39,255 bases of DNA from a virus (lineage: Duplodnaviria; Heunggongvirae; Uroviricota; Caudoviricetes). This document shows, piece by piece, positions 16,120 to 23,018 of this stretch. The stretch is taken from IMG/VR virus record IMGVR_UViG_3300011008_000020; one strand, given 5' to 3'. A model generated the notes under the pieces. That model worked only from the letters and a program-made list of their open reading frames with translations. It did no database searches and was not told where the DNA came from. Numbering within the stretch: the stretch's first letter is position 1; the number at the start of each line of letters is the position of its first letter. The translations under genes and the position numbers were made by a program.

Positions 16120-16467
16120 ATGCTTCACAGGCTCGATGTTATTCTCGGTGATGGGAAGCGTCGCCGGGCAAACTATGATACCGACAACCCGCAGATCATC
16201 GAAATCTCGAAGTGCCCTTTCGGGCCGAAGGACGTCATGCTGCAGGGCGCGTTCTGCATCACCACGAACCCGGAACTCAAGGCCATTCTGGTCGAGAATG
16301 GGTTTGAGACGCAGCGGCCCTTCAAGTCCAACAACTACTGCGTCCGCATGGACGACGCGATGCACGAGCGGATTTTCGAGATCGCGCAGGACTGTGGCAA
16401 GAAGGAAGCCGCCGTCATCCGCATCGCCGTCCAGTATTGGCTCGACAACGGAGCGCCGATGGCGTAG
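16120..16467 (+). CDS. protein with C-terminal ribbon-helix-helix (CopG/Arc-like) DNA-binding domain
   Basis: YCVRMDDAMHERIFEIAQDCGKKEAAVIRIAVQYWLD fits the strand-helix-helix RHH pattern. Confidence 0.7.
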   Translation: MLHRLDVILGDGKRRRANYDTDNPQIIEISKCPFGPKDVMLQGAFCITTNPELKAILVENGFETQRPFKSNNYCVRMDDAMHERIFEIAQDCGKKEAAVIRIAVQYWLDNGAPMA

Positions 16468-16471
16468 CGCC

Positions 16472-16768
16472 ATGGACAGGGGCGAGAGACGGAGTAGGAC
16501 GTCCGCCGTCGTCAAGCGCAGGGAGCGCCTGCTGAGATCGCTTGGCACGCATGGCGGCACGATCTACGAGAAGCACAGGGAAAAGGTCGCAGGTTCGAGC
16601 GGGTACATGCGGGATGGAAACGTGTCGCATTATGCCGCCATCACGCCGACCGGCAAGAAGATCAAGACGCGGAGAAGGAAGCAATACTGGCGCACGTTCT
16701 GGCCTTTAGCGAGAGACAGGCGCAACATGGCCGACGCCGTGACAAAGGAGGAATATGCCGATGAATAA
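16472..16768 (+). CDS. basic hypothetical protein
   Basis: ATG 16472 right after previous stop; Arg/Lys-rich. Confidence 0.55.
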   Translation: MDRGERRSRTSAVVKRRERLLRSLGTHGGTIYEKHREKVAGSSGYMRDGNVSHYAAITPTGKKIKTRRRKQYWRTFWPLARDRRNMADAVTKEEYADE

Positions 16769-16943
16769 CCCCTTCATCGACAAGGACGGTTTGAAGGACG
16801 AGCTGATCATCAAGGCGCTTCACAGGGCAGCGAACGATTTTGCGAACGGTGAGCTGTCGGAGGTTCAGGACGTTCTCAACGACATCGCATGGGCGATTCA
16901 GGAGTTCAACAATCGCTGCGAAGAAGCCGGAGGGTGCGTCTGA
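16755..16943 (+). CDS. hypothetical protein, paralog of the N-terminal half of 15809-16087
   Basis: RBS AAGGAGG; IKALHRAANDFANGE vs VNAIRKAADDYEKGE. Confidence 0.65.
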   Translation: MPMNNPFIDKDGLKDELIIKALHRAANDFANGELSEVQDVLNDIAWAIQEFNNRCEEAGGCV

Positions 16944-16965
16944 CGCCGCGCCCAAAAATAAAGCG

Positions 16966-17003
16966 AGCGCCCCACGGTCGCAGGGAAGCAACCGTGGGGC
17001 GCT
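16966..17003. terminator. bidirectional terminator between convergent early and late regions
   Basis: 13-bp perfect stem AGCGCCCCACGGT / ACCGTGGGGCGCT with an A-tract on the left and TTT on the right. Confidence 0.75.
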
Positions 17004-17006
17004 TTG

Positions 17007-17510
17007 TCAGGCCTTCTTGGCATCCAACCGTTTGAAGGTGACCTCGTAGGCTCCGTAGGCGGTAATCGCGGCCACGAGGGCGTTGACGGCGGTGAGAAGT
17101 GCTGTATCAACCGTCAGGCCGGTGGTGAACGCAGTACCGAGCAGCATGAAAATCAGGGCCACGATGTATACGAATAACCGGGTGGGAATCTTCCAAACCT
17201 TGTCAAGCTGAATCTTGGCGAACTGTACCACAAGCAAAGTGACCGCAGCGGCACCGGCGATGGTGGCAAGATAAGCCCAAGTAAGCGGCTCGCCGGGCGT
17301 CACGGGTTCGGGGTCGCTGATCGCAACAGGCTCCGGGTCGGAGACGTAGGTGGTGGTCACCGCCGCCTCCACGTCCGGGCCGTCATCGACGATGGGGGCG
17401 TCAAGCGCTTCGATGCGATCATCCTCACCGTTGTCAGTCGCCAGCGCGGTGACGGTGAAGATCGCCAGCAGCAGGAGCGCCGCCAGCAGGCACGCGAAAA
17501 TCTTCTTCAT
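17007..17510 (-). CDS. holin-like membrane protein with N-terminal signal-peptide-like segment
   Basis: MKKIFACLLAALLLLAIFTVTALA, acidic linker, about 3 hydrophobic helices; last gene of lysis cassette. Confidence 0.65.
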   Translation of the reverse strand: MKKIFACLLAALLLLAIFTVTALATDNGEDDRIEALDAPIVDDGPDVEAAVTTTYVSDPEPVAISDPEPVTPGEPLTWAYLATIAGAAAVTLLVVQFAKIQLDKVWKIPTRLFVYIVALIFMLLGTAFTTGLTVDTALLTAVNALVAAITAYGAYEVTFKRLDAKKA

Positions 17511-17543
17511 GGGTAGCTCCTTTCTAAGGCTGACGGCGGGTGG

Positions 17544-17993
17544 TCATTCACCCGCCGTCCTGTTGTGGTCGGGGTCGTGGGAGAGGAACCCGCCGCTTGA
17601 TTTGATCTTGGGGTACGACGCAACGATGTAGTCCATCGCCGCCTTGCCGCGATTGTTCTTGAACTGCGGATGGGTTTCACAGTATCGCTCATAGGCGTCG
17701 ATGTCGTCCAAGATGTCCTCGAAGTGGCTCTCGCTGTGGTGGCGGTGATCGCACATTTCGTCGTAGAAACGGAGTATGCGATACCGCTGGTTCCTCGCCT
17801 TTTCATCTTCATCCTCGCGGATGTGCGCGTCTAACGTGGATTGCATCTTAACCATGTCCTTCTTGGCGGTGTCCTGAGATTCCTTGATGCTCTGCTCGGT
17901 CTTTTTCCTGTTGGAAATGATGGTCGGGATGATGCCGACCAGCGCGACCAAGATCGGGACGCAGGCTGTCAGGATTTTGACGAGTGCGTCCAC
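17544..17993 (-). CDS. lysis-associated membrane protein (one N-terminal TM, soluble C-domain)
   Basis: GTG at 17993 after GGAGGT; TM CVPILVALVGIIPTII; RYRILRFYDE...IDAYERYC..HP motif typical of genes beside Firmicute phage endolysins. Confidence 0.65.
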   Translation of the reverse strand: MDALVKILTACVPILVALVGIIPTIISNRKKTEQSIKESQDTAKKDMVKMQSTLDAHIREDEDEKARNQRYRILRFYDEMCDHRHHSESHFEDILDDIDAYERYCETHPQFKNNRGKAAMDYIVASYPKIKSSGGFLSHDPDHNRTAGE

Positions 17994-17994
17994 G

Positions 17995-19614
17995 TCATTC
18001 ACCTCCAAGGAACCAAGCAAGAGACTTGCCCGTCCCGGTGATCAGATTTTTATCCACGTCCGTCTTGATACCGTCGATCTTGCCATGCTCTGTGTACTGC
18101 CACATGTCGCACTCGAAGTCGGGCTTCTTGCCGTTCGGCTCTCCGATGTCGGTTCCGGCGTAGCGCGGAATCCACACAAAGTCGAACAGGCTGCGCAGCT
18201 CATCGAACCTGTACTCCTTGTAGCGGTGGTGTGCGATGTAGGCACCGACGCGCTTGATGCCGAGGTCGCGCAAGGTCTTGACGAAGGCTCTCACGCCGTC
18301 CTGCGTGATGCAGGTCTGCTCCATGTCAATGCAGTAGAACAGGGGGGAGAACTCGCTGGCGTACTTGACCATCTTGATCGCCTCGTCCTCGCCCTTCGCA
18401 GCGTCACGCGCATAGGAGTAGCAGAACACACCGAATGGGATGTTCCGGGCCTTCATGGCGGTGGCGTACTCGATGAAGCGCGTGTCCAGATCGGAGCCGA
18501 TGGAGGCACGCGGAATCACGAGGCTGACGCGGGGTTTGAGGGCGTCGAAGTCGATGGCACCCTTGTGGTAGCTGATGTCGATGATCTCTTTGCCGGTGGT
18601 GCTGTCGGCATCACCGGCTCGATCAAAAGGGTCGGCAGTGCCCTCCTTGTCTTCCGGCCAGAAGATGAACGCCTGCTTGAGGCACGACTTGAACTTGTCC
18701 TTCTTCTGCTTGCGCGGATGGGAGGACTTGTTCGGGTCGTTGGCGTAGATGTAGCCGCTGTCATCAAAGCCGATGGCCGTGATGAAGTGACCGCCAGACG
18801 TCCAGAAGTGGTTGTCGTTGGAGTTCATGGAGCAGACGGCCAACGCGCCCTGCGCCAGTGCGGCGATCAGGGTCTCGACGCTGCTGGTCTGGATGAACTT
18901 CTTGAAGCCCGTGTACTTCTTGAACACGAACTTGTAGAAGTCCCACGAGGTTCCGTTGCTGTAGGTGCGGTAGCCATTGGCGACGGACAGTTCGCACATC
19001 TCCACGGGCGTGATCTTGGGGTCGATGAACGTCGCCATGATCATAGCCATCGAGGAGGGGCCGCAGCCGGAGTTGCCGATGGTCTGGCTGGAAGTGTGGG
19101 TCGAATACTTCTTGTTCTTCCACTTGCTGTCCCACTGCAAGTAGTGAACGCAGTTGTTCAGCGTCTTGCCGCCGCTGGTGGTCTGGCCCGCGCTGGTGCT
19201 GCCGGAGCCGCTGGACGCGGAGCCGATCAGCGCCGCCCACGTCTTGGGGCCGCACACACCGTCAGCGGACAGGCCGTTCGCGGACTGGAAGGCGGCGACG
19301 GCCTTCTTGGACTTGGAGCCGAAGATTCCGTCAACGGTCAGACCGCCGAGGAGAATCTGCAGGGCACAGGTGGCCGCACTCTTGGTGTTCTTCGAGGTGG
19401 AGCAGGTGGGAGCCTTGGAGGCCATCATGCTCCACGTCTTGGGGCCGATCACGCCGTCAGCGGTCAGGCCGTTGCCGCTTTGGTAGGAGCAAACAAAAGA
19501 CACGAACGACGCATCGAACGTGCCATCGGCGGCGTTGCGGGCACAGTTGCCCGTGAGATACCGGGCGACCTTGACGAGATCGCCGGTGTCGTTATGCCTG
19601 ATCGTCGCCAGCAT
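17995..19614 (-). CDS. endolysin: two peptidoglycan-binding domains, C39-like peptidase and GH25 muramidase
   Basis: Two GL.ADG..GPKTW repeats; YLQWDSKW..SGCGPSSMAM..GGHFI..DPN; IDISYH..YCIDME..WQYT..G...DVD. Confidence 0.88.
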   Translation of the reverse strand: MLATIRHNDTGDLVKVARYLTGNCARNAADGTFDASFVSFVCSYQSGNGLTADGVIGPKTWSMMASKAPTCSTSKNTKSAATCALQILLGGLTVDGIFGSKSKKAVAAFQSANGLSADGVCGPKTWAALIGSASSGSGSTSAGQTTSGGKTLNNCVHYLQWDSKWKNKKYSTHTSSQTIGNSGCGPSSMAMIMATFIDPKITPVEMCELSVANGYRTYSNGTSWDFYKFVFKKYTGFKKFIQTSSVETLIAALAQGALAVCSMNSNDNHFWTSGGHFITAIGFDDSGYIYANDPNKSSHPRKQKKDKFKSCLKQAFIFWPEDKEGTADPFDRAGDADSTTGKEIIDISYHKGAIDFDALKPRVSLVIPRASIGSDLDTRFIEYATAMKARNIPFGVFCYSYARDAAKGEDEAIKMVKYASEFSPLFYCIDMEQTCITQDGVRAFVKTLRDLGIKRVGAYIAHHRYKEYRFDELRSLFDFVWIPRYAGTDIGEPNGKKPDFECDMWQYTEHGKIDGIKTDVDKNLITGTGKSLAWFLGGE

Positions 19615-19747
19615 CTTCGTCCACCTCCTCGTCGTCGGGTACTTCTACGGCGAGCACGTTGCCCTTCGCATCGCGGGTGAGGATGACGTCGGTCTCCCAG
19701 TTCTCCGGCGCGTCGGATTCGCACTCAAGAATCATCTTGTCGTCCAT
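19592..19747 (-). CDS. 51-aa acidic hypothetical protein
   Basis: ATG 19747 after GAAAGGAG; overlaps endolysin start. Confidence 0.55.
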   Translation of the reverse strand: MDDKMILECESDAPENWETDVILTRDAKGNVLAVEVPDDEEVDEDAGDDQA

Positions 19748-19769
19748 GGTCTTCTCTCCTTTCGGATGG

Positions 19770-20054
19770 TTAGTAGAGGGGTTCTCCGATCTCGCACAAC
19801 ATCTGGTAGTTGGCGCGGATGAACCCTTCCAGTCCCGGCCAGACATGCACGCCGCGCAGCAGGAAAGCCGTCACGTCGTACTCGTGCCGACCGTCCCAGA
19901 TGTCGTACACGCGGCCTTCCGGGAAAAGGAAAACGTCCGCCACCTCGCAATCGAGGTAACGGACGATGTAGTAGTCGCTGCTGATAATGTGCACCCCGTT
20001 GGGATGGTCACGCGGCGAATTGGTGTCCCGTTCTTTTCTGCACACTTGCATCAT
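19770..20054 (-). CDS. hypothetical protein (94 aa)
   Basis: ATG 20054 after GGGAG; co-oriented in the late operon. Confidence 0.55.
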   Translation of the reverse strand: MMQVCRKERDTNSPRDHPNGVHIISSDYYIVRYLDCEVADVFLFPEGRVYDIWDGRHEYDVTAFLLRGVHVWPGLEGFIRANYQMLCEIGEPLY

Positions 20055-20106
20055 CTCCCGAACGTGTCTTCTGCCGGGTTGTGTTCGTATGTCCGTGGAA
20101 TATAAA

Positions 20107-20132
20107 CGCACCGCCCGTGTTCGAGCGGTGCG
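20107..20132 (-). terminator. probable intrinsic terminator after the tail-fibre chaperone genes
   Basis: Minus strand CGCACCGC-TCGAACACGG-GCGGTGCG followed by TTTAT. Confidence 0.55.
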
Positions 20133-20147
20133 CCAAGCGGCAAGCGC

Positions 20148-20276
20148 TTATTCGTCGATCAGGTCTTCCCGGCCACGAGCGATCAGCTCCGCCCGCACGG
20201 CCTCCTTCAGCTTCGCCGGGGTCTAGTGGAAGGCGCGTTTGCCGTCCACGATAGCGTCAGCCCAGAACTTAACCAT
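20148..20276 (-). pseudogene. second CD1375/XkdX-like small gene interrupted by an in-frame TAG (codon 18)
   Basis: MVKFWADAIVDGKRAFH*TPAKLKEAVRAELIARGREDLIDE; RBS GGAGG; aligns with upstream paralog, TAG opposite Q. Confidence 0.75.
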
Positions 20277-20290
20277 TCTGCGTGTCCTCC

Positions 20291-20482
20291 TTATTCATTG
20301 ATCAGGTCTTTGCAGCCGGAATCCTCGAGGATTTCCCGAACCGCGTCTTTCAGCTTCGCGGGCACCTGCGAGAAGGTCTTCTTTCCGTTGATGATCTGAA
20401 TCGCCCACAGCATCGCCAGCATGGTCACGGCCTCCTTTCCGTAGAAGATGCGGAACAAAAGCGAGATCAGTTTATTCGCCAT
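20291..20482 (-). CDS. CD1375/XkdX-like small protein (alternative start 20422)
   Basis: MLWAIQIINGKKTFSQVPAKLKDAVREIL motif. Confidence 0.75.
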   Translation of the reverse strand: MANKLISLLFRIFYGKEAVTMLAMLWAIQIINGKKTFSQVPAKLKDAVREILEDSGCKDLINE

Positions 20483-20810
20483 AAATGATCTCGCTCATTT
20501 CCAGAATGCACTCGGTCAGCATGTCGTTCTGTGCCTGCAGATCGGCAAGCTGCTTGTCAAGCGTCGAAGGCTCGCGGAGGTTGAACAACCAGCCCTCCGG
20601 CCAGTGCAGCACACCGTCACAGACGGCATCACTCAGGACGGTCTCGGTGGTCTTGCCATCGTCGTCGGTCTCGACGATGGTGACAGACGTCAGCTCCTCA
20701 GGGGCGAGGTCTTCCACTTCAACCTCAACGGGGCTGACGAACATCGAGCCATTCATCGTGAGGTTTTCGATTTGCCTTCCACTTTTCGTGGTGATCGTAA
20801 ACGTACTCAT
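20472..20810 (-). CDS. XkdW-like / tail-fibre assembly-associated protein
   Basis: ATG 20810 after GGGAGG; C-terminal coiled coil LADLQAQNDMLTECILEMSEIIY directly before the CD1375-like gene. Confidence 0.6.
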   Translation of the reverse strand: MSTFTITTKSGRQIENLTMNGSMFVSPVEVEVEDLAPEELTSVTIVETDDDGKTTETVLSDAVCDGVLHWPEGWLFNLREPSTLDKQLADLQAQNDMLTECILEMSEIIYGE

Positions 20811-22065
20811 AAGCGTTCCTCCCATATAGGTCGAGTATTAGCAGTTCAATTCTCCGAAGTTGCGGGTAGCTCATTACGTCGCGTCTGGCGCAAAGCCAGC
20901 TTTTCACGATCTGGGCTACATACATTTCGTCGAATTTGCCGGAATCAACAAACTTCTTCATCTTGCGAATGCGCCGTCTGAACCGGGTCAGCGTCTTGGG
21001 GAGAATCCTCATTTCAACCTTTCCGTTCTCGTTCAGCCGGTATTTTCGCTGCAGCCAGATGAACCAGTGGTCAATCCGGCAGTACACAGTCTTTCGCGTG
21101 TTGGTGAACAGCTTGTATTCGTCCGCGACGCGATCAACGGCAATGGCCCGTTCCCGCAATCTTGCGAGGTCTCTGTCCATGTCCCTGCTGTCATCCATGT
21201 ACCGTGCATAGTAGCGGCTGCCCTGCACGATGGTTGCCTCATTGTCAATGCGCCACGGATATGCGACGCCGATGGTCTGACTGAGCTGGTCGCCCACGCT
21301 CACTCCTTTGCGCAGGAACTTCTCGCCCCGCTTTGGATGCTTGCCAAGCCGCCATTTCACGCGGTCGAACTTTACGCGCTTCGCCAGCTCGAACATTTCA
21401 TCCGAGAGGTCGCTCACGTCAAGCTCGGCGTGTTTCAAGCACACATCGACCATCTTCAAAGCAAGGATGTTATCTGTGAATCCGTGGACCATATCCCTGG
21501 CGAGGTCGTGGTCTATGTTGTCATAGTACTTGGTCTGGTCTTTCAAGCGGATATAGCCGATGTTGGTCTTCTCGCGCTGGAAGAACCGCTCAAGGTGTAC
21601 CTTCATCCTGTTGCGGGCAAAATCAACGCCGCGCCCTTTCAGGCTTGCGGCGTTGTCATAGATCAAGTGAGGCCTGATTTTGGGAACGAGATCGATGTCA
21701 TTCAGACTGTGGCTCGCAACCCGATCTCTCATAACCTGTCCCACGATAGGCCGGACGTTGCCTCGTTCGTTGGCGAAGAACTCCGTCCCATTCGTCGGCT
21801 GGTATGCGCCCGTCTCTCCGCATTCCAGCGCGTCGAGCTCTATCTGTAAGTGCGTGTTTTCAGGAAGGCAATTCCAGTAGTAACTCTGCACGCTTTGCTT
21901 CCATGATGTGCCATCGCGGGCGAGCATCATGCGGGAATACAGGTTGTTTGCGTCTGCAATCGGATTGTGCGCCTTTGGCTCTTGAAGGTGATCCCACTCA
22001 TACGGAGGCACAGCCTCTGTGTCCGGCAGATCGTCCCATGGAATCACCGGCTCGTACTCTTTCAA
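20725..22065 (-). CDS. DGR reverse transcriptase
   Basis: ERGNVRPI..MRDRVASH, YDNAASLKGRG, LKDQTKYYDNIDH, GVSVGDQLSQ (DGR-type VGxxxSQ), YARYMDD; TTG start after AGGGAGG. Confidence 0.95.
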   Translation of the reverse strand: MKEYEPVIPWDDLPDTEAVPPYEWDHLQEPKAHNPIADANNLYSRMMLARDGTSWKQSVQSYYWNCLPENTHLQIELDALECGETGAYQPTNGTEFFANERGNVRPIVGQVMRDRVASHSLNDIDLVPKIRPHLIYDNAASLKGRGVDFARNRMKVHLERFFQREKTNIGYIRLKDQTKYYDNIDHDLARDMVHGFTDNILALKMVDVCLKHAELDVSDLSDEMFELAKRVKFDRVKWRLGKHPKRGEKFLRKGVSVGDQLSQTIGVAYPWRIDNEATIVQGSRYYARYMDDSRDMDRDLARLRERAIAVDRVADEYKLFTNTRKTVYCRIDHWFIWLQRKYRLNENGKVEMRILPKTLTRFRRRIRKMKKFVDSGKFDEMYVAQIVKSWLCARRDVMSYPQLRRIELLILDLYGRNAYEYVYDHHEKWKANRKPHDEWLDVRQPR

Positions 22066-22167
22066 AAGGTCGTTCGCCTCCCTGTCAGTGGTCGAAACCA
22101 GACATTCGGCTACATGCTCTCTTTTGTGGGTTTCCCCACATGGACAACTCTTCCTTTCACATCGCAG

Positions 22168-22191
22168 TCGGCTTCAATTACTACAAGCCGA
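22168..22191 (-). other. stem-loop in the TR-RT spacer
   Basis: TCGGCTT-10 nt-AAGCCGA, 10 nt downstream of the TR on the coding strand. Confidence 0.55.
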
Positions 22192-22201
22192 TTTAGCGGG
22201 C

Positions 22202-22318
22202 GAAATCGGGCGCACGGCATTGACGTTCGAGGCGTTCCTGTTGTTCGCGTTGCCGTTCCTGTTGACATTGCACGCCCTGGTCGCGGAGTAGACGTCACGC
22301 AGCCACCAGTTCGAGCGG
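22202..22318 (-). ncRNA. DGR template repeat (TR), 117 nt
   Basis: Matches 23032-23148 at constant offset 830; 14 mismatches, all at A on the coding strand; AAC/AAT-rich. Confidence 0.97.
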
Positions 22319-22319
22319 A

Positions 22320-22973
22320 TTAAGAGTTGCCCTCATTCTCTATGCCAAGGGCCGTGAATATGGCCCGAAGCACCATGTTCTCACCAGCCTCTTCCACTCC
22401 TTTGCGGATGATGTTTCTGCCACGCTCTGCCTCAACACGATAGACTGCTTTCCGCATTTCAGCATCACTCTTTTTCCAGCCGGTAATCAGCGCAATTTCC
22501 TTCTCGATCAGAGGGTCGATCTGCGTCAGCCAATTCTTGTCGATCTGGCATCCAAGCGTGTGCATGATGTCCTCAAGCAGTATGAGCAGAGCGCCACAGG
22601 CACCAAGAGCCTCGTCCTGGTATATCAGGCGGCGATTCGCTTCTTCGATGGTCTTCGGTCTCTTGTAGCGGTTGGCTCTCTCGATGTTGATAAGCATGTC
22701 CGTGATCTGGTCATTGATCTTCTTGCGTTGACCGTCCAGATAGCCCTTGTCCCATGCCCGGAGCTTTTCAATCCGCATGGCTTCCTTTTCGAGCCATTTC
22801 TGCTGACTTTCTTCGCTCCATTGATTCCAGTTCTTCGGAATCTGCGCCATCCTGATCTTGTAGCCGAAATTCCGCACAACATCAAGTTTGCGGATTTGCC
22901 TCGCAAGCTCAAGCGCGTTCTCCTTGACCTCGAACTTGGACGGGCTTCTGTCTGGTACACTTACTCTGCTCAT
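22320..22973 (-). CDS. avd: DGR accessory variability determinant (Avd), extended form
   Basis: Lies between VR and TR; INIERAN...EEANRRLIYQDEA...C..LL..LE...EKEIALITGWKKSD fits the Avd four-helix pattern. Confidence 0.85.
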   Translation of the reverse strand: MSRVSVPDRSPSKFEVKENALELARQIRKLDVVRNFGYKIRMAQIPKNWNQWSEESQQKWLEKEAMRIEKLRAWDKGYLDGQRKKINDQITDMLINIERANRYKRPKTIEEANRRLIYQDEALGACGALLILLEDIMHTLGCQIDKNWLTQIDPLIEKEIALITGWKKSDAEMRKAVYRVEAERGRNIIRKGVEEAGENMVLRAIFTALGIENEGNS

Positions 22974-22991
22974 ACTACTGTCGTCCTTTCA

Positions 22992-23006
22992 CCCGCCAGA
23001 GGCGGG
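22992..23006 (-). promoter_or_regulatory. GC hairpin downstream of VR/IMH (DGR homing cis element)
   Basis: CCCGCC-3 nt-GGCGGG, 12 nt beyond the target stop codon. Confidence 0.75.
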
Positions 23007-23018
23007 AGATGGGGGAGA

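Noticed and set aside
20223-20225. Genome-wide TAG-to-Gln recoding (genetic code 15)
   Set aside because: TAG ends many well-packed genes (1414, 1944, 5433, 6666, 7260, 12035, 16087, 16467), and no long structural gene is interrupted. Only one in-frame TAG was found.
20725-22065. RT as a group II intron, retron or defence-associated RT
   Set aside because: The VGxxxSQ motif, lack of maturase or endonuclease domains, adjacent avd and A-specific TR/VR pair identify it as a DGR RT.
22019-22323. ORFs overlapping the TR and spacer (22110-22298 -, 22019-22291 +, 21967-22323 +)
   Set aside because: They have no RBS or protein-like features and are by-products of the TR/spacer non-coding region.
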